Source: Guillardia theta CCMP2712
Taxonomy: Eukaryota; Protista; Cryptophyta
Assembly: GCF_000315625.1 (NCBI RefSeq)
Contig: NW_005434621.1
Coordinates: forward strand, 126,744 to 190,743
Direction of reading: 5' to 3'
DNA: 64,000 bases
Made by a program: the position numbers and the translations under genes. Every line of letters begins with the position of its first letter. Position 1 is the stretch's first letter. The notes beneath the pieces were generated by a model that was not told the origin of the DNA, made no database searches, and saw nothing but the letters and a program-made list of their open reading frames with translations. Below are positions 1 through 12,485 of this stretch, piece after piece.

Positions 1-1038
1 GCAACATGGCGCTGGTGAAATACAAGGTAACAACGAATGACATGCATATCTTCTTTCAATGATTGTTGTTGTCAGAGCATCCCTTTGAATCCAATGATGA
101 TCGCGGCAAGTAGCATTTGCACCGTATTCGGAATTACTGCATCTGTCGTTCTCGATCCCCTGCATGTATGGCTATATTGCTTCATCTCTTCCATCTTCTT
201 CATTTTCGAGATGGTTGTCGCGTTTGCAATCTTCGCGATAACAATTCATGATTTCCAAACAATCGGAAGCCCAATGTCACTCAAGGTGGTTGAAAGACTG
301 AAACTCATGCGTATAGTGTTCTATGTATCCTGGATGGCATACCCTATTCTTTGGAGTTTTTCTTCTACAGGAGCGTGTATTATGAGCGAGAACACTAGTT
401 CAGTGCTGTATCTTCTCGGAGACGCTCTTTGCAAGAACACTTACGGAATTCTCCTGTGGGCCACAACTTGGGGGCTCCTGAATGGAAAGTGGGACAGGGA
501 TTACGTCAAGGGCAGGAACGTGGACGGCACTTTGATGCCAGAGTATGAGCAGGACTTGGAGAAAGGGAACACAGAAAGGTACGAGGACGCAAGGGCAGGA
601 GAGACCTTCGAAGTCAAGATGTTTGGAAGGACCTTGACCTCTGTTAGGAGGTCCAGGAGGAGGCCCAGGCGCGACATCGTCTTCAATGGCGGCGACCGGA
701 ACAGGTTGTCGGACTCTGACTCGGAGAGGAGGAGGAGGAGGAAGAAGTACCAGCGCAAGGACAGCGAGTCGGAGAACTCCAGCGACGAGAGCATGGGCTC
801 CGAGCATGAGAAGAACAGACGCAAGGGCAAGAAGAAGAACAAGGAGAATCGCAGGTCGGCACCTCCCAAGGAAGATTCAACCTCCGACACACTCCGAGAC
901 GCCGAGATCAAGAGGATTATGGACCTCATGAAGCGAAATGCTGGCAGCGACATTCCCGGCCTTGATGGCGATGGAAGGCTGCGAGATGATGGTGGTCTCA
1001 TACCCACGAGGAACGAGGAGCATGATGATTCGGCTTAG
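1..1038 (+). CDS. GtACR1: Anion channelrhodopsin GtACR1, 3' part (5'-truncated by window); exons <1..26 and 76..1038
   Basis: Exon end NMALVKYK, GT-AG intron 27..75, then SIPLNPMMIAASSICTVFG...WMAYPILW...LLGDALCKNTYG...EDARAGET. This matches the GtACR1 sequence as I recall it. D234 codon at 421, retinal Lys K238 at 433-435. 118 upstream residues plus 320 encoded here gives 438 aa. Confidence 0.97.
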
Positions 1039-1749
1039 GAGAATGAATTCAAGCATCTACACACCTGCCTCTCCCCCTCTCTCCTTCTCGTCTTTTCGCT
1101 AGTGGCTGCGGTCGCTAGAGCTATTTTACACTTGCAACCTTGTACCACGCAAAGCTTCTTCATGTTGCCATCACTGAGATTTTCTCACTGACACGTCTCC
1201 CTGAAGCTTCATGATGGATTCTCCTCACCATAATTTCACGATTACGTTGGTCCTTCCATCCCGCCTGAAGGCATGATCGTTTCATCTCACAAGCCATCTC
1301 ATGTGTCAACATCCATTTCCCTTCCTCCCTCCCCCACAGCGTCTCCCTCCTCCCTCCTTCATAGTCCACATTCCTTTCGTTCCTTCCCCCGTCTCCTCTA
1401 CGGATCAACCCGGCAATTCTCCCCGCATCGGATCCCTTCTCGCATTCTACCGCCATCCTCGTACCCTCCTTTCTTCCTCAGTCTTCCCTCGCATCCTCTG
1501 CCATCTTCCCTCGCACATCCCACTGTACAGGCTTGCTCGACCCGCATCCCTGCCCCCCCCCCCCCCCCCTCTCAATAAATAAGAACCCCGCACTCCAGTG
1601 GGCGCATCTCAAAAGCGATTCATCCCTGCCCTCCTCCCGTCCTCCTCCTCCAGCCTCCCTAGCAGGAGCGACAGCTGATCTTGCCTCGTCTCCTTCTTGT
1701 CCTCGTCCCCTCCATTGCGCCCACAACTCGACCGTATCAACAGTCAGCA

Positions 1750-3013
1750 ATGCTGGGAAGAGCTGTTGCCTTCGCTTTCCTCCTCCCCCTCGTTCATTCC
1801 TTCAGCCTGCACGGACTTGGTGCAGTGCCGCGATCGTTGCCCAGGAAGGGCCATGAATGTCGCAACCATCGCAGCACAGTCTGCCTTGCAGGCTCTCGGG
1901 CATTGTTGCTTCCCAAGCCGTGCAGCTGGTACGCCATGTCCGGGGGGCATCACGACAAGAGGAGGAAGGAAGCCAGGAAGTTGAAGATAGTGAGAGCACA
2001 CCTTGTCATTGTCATTGCTCTCCCTCCCTCCCTCCCTCCCTCCCTCCCTCCCTCCCTCCCTTGCTCATCCCTTCTCCGCCTAGGGGGACGTTCCGGCAGG
2101 GAGCTCTCGTGTGAGCAGGAGGCAGTCGGCCACATCGGGAAACCTGCGACTGACTCGGTCGGACATCGAGTCAGGCCTCGCGATATCGGGGACGAGCAGC
2201 AAGTTCTTTCGTAAGCTGGTAAGGCACTGCGAGCATGCCATGACGACAATCATCGGCCTCCTGTGATGTTTGCAGATCCCCTTGCGCGACATCGGCATCG
2301 AAGGGGTGGAGATCGACAAGAGAGATGACGGCGATCTTGAGGTAAACCTCCTGCTTCTCTCCATGGTGCCTACGGCAATACTTCTTCTCATGTGATACTC
2401 CTCTGCAGATTGACATCGAAGTCCAGCAAATGGCTTCGGAATACTTCCTCAAGGTTCACATGCAATCCCATCTACTCTGCACTTGCAACAGGTTGGTCCT
2501 CTCGTGAGGATGCTCTAGTTGCTTTGTGCTCTTCTTCTGTTCGCTTTTTCTCCTTCTGAGAATTCACCAAGATGTCTAGAAGAATTTCATCTTCCCATCT
2601 CAAGTGATTTCTCGCTTGTGCTTGCATCACGGCGGAAGCTCTGTCAGGTGAGGAGCAGAAGGTCCGCTTGGTTGGTGTAACCCTGCGTTGCAGATCGCGA
2701 AGAGAAGGGCAGACGACGTGAGTGAGATCTCAGAGAACAAAGGTTTGGCTTTGCGCCTGCGCACGCTGCTGAAACCTGAGTAGATCTGGTCGACGATTCC
2801 ATCATTGACTTCTCAGCTGGCATCAACTACATCGATCTTGACGTAGATATTCTCTCTGCGCAGCTTGCTCTGATGATAGCGTTGCAGCCTGAGGTTGGAG
2901 AGTCGCTAGGAGGAGCGATCCCCCTACGAAAGGTCTGTAGTCCAACCTGCAAGGGTCGCTGCGCTACATGTGAGTCAAACGACCTGAGCCTTCCTACGCA
3001 AGATGGAAGCCTG
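1750..3013 (+). CDS. Multi-exon hypothetical protein, probably plastid-targeted
   Basis: ATG 1750 gives MLGRAVAFAFLLPLVHS-FSL: a signal peptide followed by Phe, typical of bipartite plastid targeting. Several short exon-like segments follow with GT/AG sites (IPLRDIGIEGVEIDKRDD; DDSIIDFSAGINYIDLDVD). Exon structure and end are approximate. Confidence 0.4.
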
Positions 3014-3355
3014 ACTGACTTCTGGTGAAGGTGGGCAGAACCTCAACCTGCCAGGGAACACATGCCGATGTCGCCGTGTGCCACAGGAGGAGAGACAAAG
3101 TACAGGTGCCCAGAGCTCTTTTCACGCTCTCATATGCGTCAAAGACCTCACAATGTCTTCACAGGCAGTCTCAACATGGCAAATCTGCAGAAGCTTGCAT
3201 CTCTGCGACGGCAGCTGAAGCAGGAGGAGGACGAGAAGGAGGAGGGCGGAACATGAGAGTAGTGCCGATAGAATAAAGCACATGTCTTAAGCATGGACGA
3301 AACAAGTCCTCGGTCTACACGGACCCACGGTTGTATTTCTACGATGCGAAGGGTT

Positions 3356-3657
3356 TTAATAGATGTTGATGACATCTCCGAGCCACTCGTTCTGGTACTC
3401 GGTGGGGTCGACAGGCTGTTCGTACAAGCCGAGTTAGCTCTTCTTATTCTTCCTCTTCCTCCCCCTCCCTCTCTTACCTCAGTGATGTGGTAGGTCACTG
3501 GTGAGTCATCGAGGTCGTCGTAGATGTTGTCGTAGACGCCGCTGGGCATGCCCTGGAAGAAGGAGGGCATGCCGTCACACCAGTGTCCACCCCAGGTCCA
3601 TGGAGCATCATCGAGCATCGAGGATCTCTTAACGATCTTGAAGAGGGGAGAGCGCAT
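3356..3657 (-). CDS. Micro-protein family copy 1 (79 aa); exons 3657..3478 and 3415..3356
   Basis: MRSPLFKIVKRSSMLDDAPWTWGGHWCDGMPSFFQGMPSGVYDNIYDDLDDSPVTYHITE|PVDPTEYQNEWLGDVINIY*. GT-AG intron 3416..3477 with CTAAC branch site. Paralogous to copies at 5189 and 10390. Confidence 0.85.
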
Positions 3658-4879
3658 TCTGTTTCAATAAGGTCAAATCAGTGCGCGAGTTATACAACCT
3701 AACGTCTTTCTCGACCAATCTCTAACTACTGCAGAGTTCAGCTATCGATCGTCACGGTACGTCGATAATGCACAACATCGCAGAGATACATCAAAGACCA
3801 AATTATACTGGCTTCACATCCAATCGAGGCTCAGGAAACCATTTCGGCAGAAAGTGTACCTCTTGGAAAATTCACGGTTTCCTGCAAAGCTTTGACAACT
3901 TCCCTTCCAACATCCACGGTAGGAATCTCTGATCAGCTGCATGAAGGCTTGTAATTCCACTACACTCCTCCTCTTCTCCTCCTCTTTTCCTCATCTTGCT
4001 ACCTCCCTGTCCTCAACTTCGCTGCATGTGCATTGCGATCTGAAACATCAAATGATGAAGAGACAGCGCGCGGGCCACATCCCCTTCCTAATCTCCTAGG
4101 AGCACTACCCCCTACCCCCCCTTCTACTACAATTGAACGCCACCCGTATTGTTTGTTTTGAGTAAACTTTAGTATGCTATACTTCATCACCCCTGCTTCA
4201 AGGCGAGTCATATGTATCCCACCAGGGGTAGGGGTAGTCAAATAGCGAAGGGTCACTGTTTTGACTCTTGGATTGGTTCTAGCGAGGTCTTAGTTTGAAA
4301 ATACTCCAGTAGAACCGGGTCCTAGTAATTTGTCATGACCTAGCATAGATTTGGATTCAAAATGTTTATCTGCTGTGTTCAATTTGAGCCCTTTCGAAAA
4401 CAAGTGATATCCATAGTACCCCATAGATTATCGATAACATTTGGGGTAAGGGGACACATGTTTGAGAAAACATATTTTTCCATAGGGTAGTACATGAATT
4501 TATTGGTTTCAAAGATTTTCATGACCATCGTGAAATATTTCCCGGAGAGTTATCAAAAGACAGCCGAAGCGTACGAAAGGTCACGAAGGTAATGCAGTAG
4601 TCCACTTCCTCTTTGTCGCATGTTGTTCTCCTTTCATGATCGACTCCTCGTCCACCCTTCTTACATCCTCCATCAACCACCACCATTGCAACACTCTTGC
4701 TCTCGTTTTCCGCTGCCTCTGCTCTTGATTCCGCTGTCCCCTTCTCTTCATCCTGAATCAAAACAACCTAGCTGTCTTGTTGACGTCAACTTTGAACCCC
4801 TTCGTTTCTCTTGCTCCGACATTTCGGATCGAACCCTTTCTCGTAGTGATGTTCAGGGAGACGAATTGATTGCTCTTTC

Positions 4880-4926
4880 GTAACAATGGTTTAACATTGT
4901 AACAATGGTTTAACATTGTAACAATG
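4880..4926. repeat. 19-bp tandem repeat (gtaacaatggtttaacatt) x2.5 with internal CAATG/CATTG inverted arms
   Basis: Read directly from the sequence. Confidence 0.85.
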
Positions 4927-5188
4927 TTCGGAGTTTTCCTGTGGCTGTGTGTGCCACAAAGCTTGTTTGGAATGTGTATCATGCTCCTAGCGCTCCCTTT
5001 CGTGTTCAAGATGAAAGTTGAAAGATGCATATGAATCAGGCTGTGATTGCACTGTGCCTCCTCCACTTACATGAGAGCACGGTATTCTGTTGCAGTCATT
5101 CACGCTTGGATGTATACGAATCCTTGTTTCATGGGATTCGCTAGATTGCAAAGCGACCATCATGCTGACAAAGCATTTGCAGTCAAAC

Positions 5189-5474
5189 ATGATGTTCAAG
5201 GTGTTGCCAATCCGCTCCCTCGAGCTCGCCCCCTGGACCTGGAAGAGCAGCTGGAACAAGGACATGCCCTCCTTCTTCCAGGGCATGCCCAACGGTGTCT
5301 ACGACAACATCTACGAGGACCTCGATGACTCACCTGTGTCCTACCACACCACTGAGGTGAGAGAGAGGGAGGAGGAGGAGGAATAAGAAGAGCTAACTCG
5401 GCTTGTACGAACAGCCTGTCGACCCCACCGAGTACCAGAACGAGTACATTGGCAATGTCATCGGCATCTACTAA
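5189..5474 (+). CDS. Micro-protein family copy 2 (75 aa); exons 5189..5356 and 5415..5474
   Basis: MMFKVLPIRSLELAPWTWKSSWNKDMPSFFQGMPNGVYDNIYEDLDDSPVSYHTTE|PVDPTEYQNEYIGNVIGIY*. Intron 5357..5414 at the same position as in the paralogues. Confidence 0.85.
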
Positions 5475-5773
5475 GCCTTTTCTCTCCCCGTTGCTAGTGT
5501 GTTGGCAATAAATTTGATACATACCTGAGCAACGTCGTGTGAGAGTTGACCACCCCCACATCTTACTTCCTCGAGGGTTGCGGTTGCTGTGAAGTCTTAC
5601 ACGTCATGCGTTCACCTCTCGCCAAATGGGGCAGGATTGGCTACAACCTCTCTGTTGCGTTCCAGGAAACAAATTTTGCTGCCTCACCGTCGTCGATACA
5701 GCTTACGGAATGATCAGCCAATATCACCAAATGGTGCCCCTGCAGCAACTAGACGCCAACCAGAATCTCCTGA

Positions 5774-5774
<1 letters not shown>

Positions 5775-5814
<40 letters not shown>

Positions 5815-5920
5815 ATGCACGTCAATACCCGCCTCGTTCTCCTCCTCATCGTTCTCCTCCTCATCGTTCTCCTCCTCATCGTTCTCCTCCTCCTCGTTCT
5901 CCTCCTCCTCGTTCTCCTCC
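5775..5920. repeat. (CTG)n tract followed by 15-bp (cgttctcctcctc[a/c]t)n minisatellite
   Basis: Read directly from the sequence. Confidence 0.85.
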
Positions 5921-8900
5921 ACCTCTCCCTCGGAATTTACTTCAGTCGGGCAACTCCCAAAGTACCCTACAGGGGGGTGGTCTATTATGAATTTTTTCTT
6001 TAAGAAAGACGGGGTGGGGGTGGGGTTTGACAGAAAGTTGGCAATGGCTGGGGAGGAACTTGAACGAGGGTGCAAGCTGTGCTTGGCAGGATCAAGCAGA
6101 GGAGGTGAGAGATCTTGACAGCAGGGATAGACAATTTCCTCACGATCGGCATGGCAGCCCTCGCAGATGTCAATGCTTTCCTGTCAAGCCTCCCTGGGGC
6201 GAGTGTAGAAATGCGTCCTGTTGGCCCGGATGGCACTAACTTGTGTGTACGAGTCTTCCCTCCTGGCTCCTTCTCATCACCCCCCCCCCCTCTGGTCCCT
6301 TCAAAGACCATTTCATAAGAGAGTGCACAACAATCTCGATTGATGTACCACATCCTGCCATCTCTCTGCTCGCCCTCCACATCCCCTATCCTGCCCTCCC
6401 TTCAGACATCTCGCCCTTTCGCTGGACTCTTCTACCGTTTTTCCTTTTCCAGCTCTAAGTACGCATTATGTGAAGTGTAATTTCAGCAATCTCGATGGAT
6501 GCAACGCCTGCATTCTTGTTGCAGACGCCAACCAGTCAAGACTTTTGGTCATCTCTAATCCACTTTCACCAGCCCCTTCTCACTCGAGATCCAGGTGTCC
6601 AACTCAGATGCTGATACAGCACTGACCCACCACTGTCTTGAAACTATCATCCAGAAACGTGCGGATGGTGCGGATTTTCACCTCCTCCCTCGTCTTTCTT
6701 GTCAACCCTGTCATCGTCTGAGGGCCTGAACATCAGTACAGGAGAGCTTCGGGGTGTTGGTGTTCTACTCGTCGTCGCAGGAGGACGAGCAAGGGGCTTC
6801 AAGGATCCAGCGGAAGGACAGGTGCATGGAAAGATTGCTCTGCTGTCGTGCTGATGATGTTCTCTTTCGCAAGATTTTCTCCCGAGCTGTTGAAGAGCTA
6901 TTTGCAAGCACGGGACAAAGGCTTGCATTGGATCTTGTGAGAAAGGGTGCGGAGACTGGATTGTACAAGGAAGATGTTTGAAATCATGTATGAAGGCTCT
7001 GCAGTCTCCTGGACAAAGGTCCCCTCACCAGCTCAACTCAGATTCATAGAAGGTACTAGATTCACCCTTGACTACGTTTTGTCAAAGCTTTACGTGACTT
7101 TGCAGAAAAGTTCCAACTCACATCAAAGGCTGTCGAAATCAGCACACCTCGATCATATTCAATGGTTTACATATTGGGATGAATAGATGTTTTCATGCAA
7201 CTGATGCTATCGTTAGGAAATAGCTGCCACTGCGCTGGGAGGGGCGTTAGTTTTGATTGGACTTGCTGGACTCAGGGATTCGAGGAATAAGGTAGAAATA
7301 AAATTCTATTCCAGATGTTATATAATATGTTCTGACATGAAACAGGCAGGAGAGAAAAGAAAGGTCGGGAGTAATGTGAAGGTACAAGTGTGATGAACTT
7401 GTTGCTCCCTTTCAATCTCTTATTGCATCACTGGAAGGACTTACTTTCTATTGGAGTTGGAATCGCGATCTGCTGTGTAACGGCTGCAAGGATGTCGGGA
7501 TTGAATAGAACATCGTAATTACACACATCTTCTTCTCATCACGTCATTCAGGAAATCTGCTTGCTGGCTGATAGTCTAAAGCTTGTCAGAAGTGAAACGG
7601 AGGTGGGACAAGAGGATAACGGATACCGGACACATTTCCATCGGATACATTCCATTTCCACACTTGAATGGAGCTATACTGAAACATTTCTTTGCATCAG
7701 CACTGAAGTTCGTATTCGAATCGAGGACAGAAGGGTGTTCTGTGTTCCAAGACCGATTCCTCGCCGTCATCATGCACTTAGAAGGGAATGCAAGGGCGGT
7801 GAGAATAGCCAGGAAAGAATCACGAGCAGTAAGAGGAGCAGGAGCAGGAGGAAGAGGAGGTGTTTGTCTCGGGGGGAGGAGAGATGGAGGGGCGGAGGTT
7901 ATTAGAGGCGTGCGGGCCGATGTTTCACAAGTTCAAAAAGGTGTGGCAAATGACAACGGCGCAGGGTATGACCCTTGGTTCTTTTTCCTTTATCGCTATT
8001 AGGAAAATATTCACCTTTCGTGGTAGAGATGAGGCTCTCCCCTCCCCTCCTCCCTCCGGGCACCCTCCCTCCCCTCTGCTCCTCCCTGCAACCTCTCTCT
8101 AGACCTCTAGCGGCATCATCAAAGCATGTCCTGGAGGAGAGAGGATGCTGAGGGTGATAGCGAAAGAGCAGGACCTTGATCGATAGAAATTTACGTGAAG
8201 GCACATTGAAAGCACATTATCGTGTGTAGCTCCGTGCTCCGTCACCAAAATCGCCCTACAGCTGAGAGTGGAGGCCAATGATGTACCTAGCTGAAGAGAG
8301 GGAGGGAGGAGGATTGGAGTGAAGGAGCTCCTCGGGTGGAAGGATGGAATGACCGTTGGTGCATGCGAACTCACCTTCTTCGCATCGCAAGTTCTCATCA
8401 GCTGATAGTTTTACAAGCCTCTCCGCAGGGCACCTCTTGCCGTCAACAAGATTTGATTCCATCAAGCAACCATGGAGGTTCTTTCTCCTGCTCAAGTCAA
8501 CTCTGCTCACTGAATACCCCCAGGGCTCCGGTGCTGGCAGCAGCGCGCCGAGGGGATCCCAGCAGCAGCAGCAGTCTGGGCATCAGTCAAGATCGGCAGG
8601 AGGACAGTCTGCCATGAGGTCGGCTTCCAGAAAGTGAGCATGAGCTCTTAATGCTGTTGCCTCGGATGACTCACATGCTGGCAGCTCCGGCCGGGCGAAC
8701 TTGAAGCGGCATGAAGGACAAGCGCAGCCCAACTACTTCCTTGCTAAGCCTGGCGATGCGAAGAGGCAGATCCAGTACAGAGAGAATCCCTTCCTCCTGC
8801 GCGGTCCCAACATGGGCAAGACATGCCTGTCGTTCGGCTACCCCCGGGGGGTAACCGTCATAGCATGAACCGCGTGTCCTCCTGACCCCTGACGCGACCA

Positions 8901-10389
8901 GGGGATGGCAGATCGAGCATGTGACTTCCACTGGAAGGAGGACGATCGAGACACAGCCAACGGCAGGTGAGCAGCATGCGCCTGACTGCAGCGTCGCTGA
9001 GACCCGCACAGGTGTAAGTTCAACCATGACTGTCGGTTTGGAGGGGGCGCTCAGCATACAGGCAAAGAGATAGCGGCGGAGTTTCTTGTTGCTACTGACG
9101 TGCAGCTAGACCCAAAACCGAAGCGCATCTGGGATCGGATGGACTCGTTGGTGAAGCAGAGGACAGAGAGCGAGCGGCCGCTGATGCATGCACTCAGGGT
9201 CGAGCTGTCGTGCAGGCCAAGGTAGAGAATGTTCCACTGGACATGCTGCACCCGAACTACCGACATGTCCTCAAAGCAAAGGCAAGTAGCTGAGTATCCT
9301 CCCGTGATCTCTTACCGCCCTGAGCTCAGGAACCCAACGTCATGCAGCAGCTTGTTGAGCCGTTCAAGGGAGCTGGGGGGGCCAAGACTCCGGGCTGGAG
9401 CCCAGCGGTGGAGATGAACCTGGGGCACGGACATGGAGCCAACGCCTTCCAGCAGCATCGGGTGTGTGAGCTGCTAGGCTTTGCTTCCTCCTGACTAGCT
9501 GGGACCAGGGGCCGCTAGGAAGGAATCCTCTAGGACAAGCTGGGAAAAGATATCCGTTCACACAGGTGCTGGAGACTGATGCTTGCTGTCACAAGCTGCA
9601 TGCGTGAAGTGAGGTCTTCAGGCAAGGCAGAACATGGTGGAAAGTCTATGGCGGGCTGTGGTTGGAGGGTAACTTGTCACTGAGGTGTGGAGGAGAGGAT
9701 GTGAATGTCTTGCTCTAGGTCTGACCGGTCCGAGTGTTCGCTCCACTTGCTCCTTACTAGCTTCAATCCCCGGTATTGTTTCTTGCAACCAAAACTACTC
9801 TCTCGCTCTTTCACTGAACCTGTTTCAGCTCTATCCATGAAGTAGTAGCAAGGCAACTGACCCCAAAGGTGAGTCTGACCTCAATTGCACCCGAGCTAAC
9901 AACAACACTTGAAGCAAGCTGAAGCAAGATTCGTCATGGCCCTCATCAAGCCACGAGCGCTATCCAGCACATCCCAGTCGGACATGAGACCCGCAACAGT
10001 AGGCTACGAGTCTACAGAAAACAGGAGAGGAAACTGGCCATTCGCTCTTGACGGTTTTGAGCAGCCTGACGATGAAGTGAACCATGATCTCATTATGTTG
10101 AGCCATCTGACAACCTCACGTGCAGATAGTGAAGGAAGCTGATTCGATCAAGCAGTCGTCTCCCAATGTACTGACGAGAAATACATGGTTTTGCTTTGCT
10201 AAGCCAGATGTGTAGGTGACCAAAGAGGATTTCAAGGGGTTCTGGGAGCGTGCGAGTGATGTTGTGAGCGATGATGGATTCTTTGCTTTACTGCTCCACA
10301 ACTGCTTTCGATGAGGCAGCACATCTTAGCTTAGCTGTGTATTGTTCTTCTATTGAACAAGTATAGAGCAAGTTGCTCCACCAAAATGT

Positions 10390-10672
10390 TTAGTAGATTT
10401 TGATGACATCTCCGAGCCAATGCTCCTGATACTCGGTGGGGTCGACAGGCTGTTCGCACAAGCCGCGTTAGCTCTTCTTCTTCCTCCTCCTCCCTCTCTC
10501 TCACCTCAGTGGTGTGGTAGGACACAGTTGAGGTATCAAGGTCGTCGTAGATGTTGTCGTAGACACCGTTGGGCATGCCCTGGAAGAAGGAGGGCATGTC
10601 ACTGTTCCAGCTGCTCTGCCAGGTCCAGGGGGCGAGGTCGAGGGAGCGGATTGGCAACACCTTGAACATCAT
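10390..10672 (-). CDS. Micro-protein family copy 3 (75 aa); exons 10672..10505 and 10449..10390
   Basis: MMFKVLPIRSLDLAPWTWQSSWNSDMPSFFQGMPNGVYDNIYDDLDTSTVSYHTTE|PVDPTEYQEHWLGDVIKIY*. Intron 10450..10504. Confidence 0.85.
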
Positions 10673-11439
10673 TTTCTACAAAAGGATGTCAACCCATTAT
10701 CACCATTGAGAAAAATTTGATTTGTCGAGATACAAAACGCATGTTACAGAGTTTGTGAAAGCAGGACATAACATCGGGAGCATCGCAGCCAAATCATATT
10801 CAACTTTATGAGAAGTTATGACAACATATAAATCACCAAATTCATCCATTTCCCTTGACCATGCGTGGGGAGGAGTAGAAACAGACAAAAGAATGTATAT
10901 TTTGCACGAAAAAAAGCAAGAGAATACAAGACAAGTCACAGCATTTTTGAAATATCATCGTAGCGAATTTCTTCAAGCGTCTTGTATGAATGCAGGTAAA
11001 GGTATGTGAGGAGTGTACAAGAAATGTGAACAAGCAGGCAAAAGAGATGCCTGCAGATAGACAGCAGTGATCACAGAATTCAGACAACCAAGTCACGAAA
11101 AGATATTATAGCAAAGAAAGGATGTTGCAAGACTTAGCATATGGTGGTGGATGCGGTAGTTGTGCAGGATAGGCAAATCAACCATACGCACAGTCAGAAA
11201 CAAACACAAGGCATTTCATTGCATGGGAGTAGCTAGCAAGGAGGAAGGTAAGGGCAAGCAGAAGCGTGTGTATCGAGTGGGATCGTTGATATTCGGACGA
11301 GGCAGAGAAAGCAAGCAGCAGCTTTTCTCATCGCGCCACATTCAGCATGTTACCTCTTCGATGAAAGGGCAGGTTGACTCTTGGGCTACTGGTAGGAACA
11401 ATTCTCCGTTACACCTTGTCCCCTGAAAAGCCATTTCGT

Positions 11440-11995
11440 AACGACCGTGACCGGTGACCGGACTTGGTCACAGTACCGTACAGTACTGGCGTCCCCGGCC
11501 GCGCCACTGTCGGGTGACTCGGACCGGGCCCGGCCCGGACAGCGGTCGGGCCGGCCCGGCCAGTCGTGACTCAGACGCAGGCTGGCCTACCGTACTAGGC
11601 CCGGCCCCCCGCTTCACTCAGCGGCCGTACGGTCACCGTCAGTCACGGCCACACTGGCCGCACTGAGCGGCCGCGGCGCAGCGGTACCGTCGTACAGTGA
11701 CGGTAGAGGCTCGGAGGACTCCTAACTGAGGTTGCCACCGTCGCCGTACTAGGCTAGGCTAGTGCCACTGGTTACTGACTCGCCGGATCTCGCGGCGGAG
11801 TCCGATAGTACGAGCCCGGCACCACTGCCCGGCCCCGGCGGCCGGGCGGCCCGGCCGCCACGCCAAGTTTAGTAGCACCGTGTAAGTTAACTAAAGTCGG
11901 AGTCCCGGCGAGCCTCGGCGCGGCCACCCGGTCCAGGCCAGAGGCCCCGGCGGTCAGCGGCTTGCTCGTAGTTAAATCATTATAGGTACTCAAAA
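11440..11995. repeat. GC-rich short-palindrome island (CCGG/GGCC/GTAC/GTGAC words)
   Basis: Abrupt composition shift. Same word usage as the islands near 29.0, 32.1 and 59.3 kb. No credible ORF. Confidence 0.6.
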
Positions 11996-12485
11996 GAACT
12001 CTTTTGGATCAAGGAGTTCCCCCTGAATCACCAAAAGCTACAGTTTGGGGCTCATATGGTTTTACTACTCTATCTTTACTTGTCGGTTGGAAGGGAGGGG
12101 GTGGGTACATGAAGGGTGTAATTTCGGTCTTTCCGAAGTTCCCACGGTGGGTGGGGTGGGAAGAAGGTAAAACACTTTTAATTTTGATTTAGTGAGTAGG
12201 TGGTGGGTGGGTAGGCTTGATATTTGTAGGGGTGGATATGAGTTTAGTGCAAGGGGTAGATGCAAGCATAGATTTCTTTCGAGCAGGAAGTGTAGGAGGG
12301 TGGGGTACTGCCTGAAGGATGCACAGGGATTGAAATGATGCTTGTCATGTGGTTTGGAGGGTGAAGAGAGGAGCAGGAGCAGGAGGAGGAGAAAGAAAAT
12401 GAAACGATCAAGAGACAGAATGATGATTCACAAAACTTCAGTGGCTAGACAACCCTGATGAAACTGCGGGAGAAGTAAGGAAGGA

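Noticed and set aside
37-75. ORF-track N-terminus MTCISSFNDCCCQ for the rhodopsin
   Set aside because: It is translated intron (27..75); the true upstream exon ends in ALVKYK.
400-1007. Antisense and alternative-frame ORFs over GtACR1
   Set aside because: Shadow ORFs of a GC-rich, purine-biased coding strand.
5589-7200. ORFs with poly-A/L/Q/E runs and short downstream ORFs
   Set aside because: Driven by microsatellites. I could not build a consistent spliced gene or recognise a domain.
7400-10320. Exon-like fragments on both strands
   Set aside because: Probably one or more hypothetical genes, but no motif or reliable splice model; not called.
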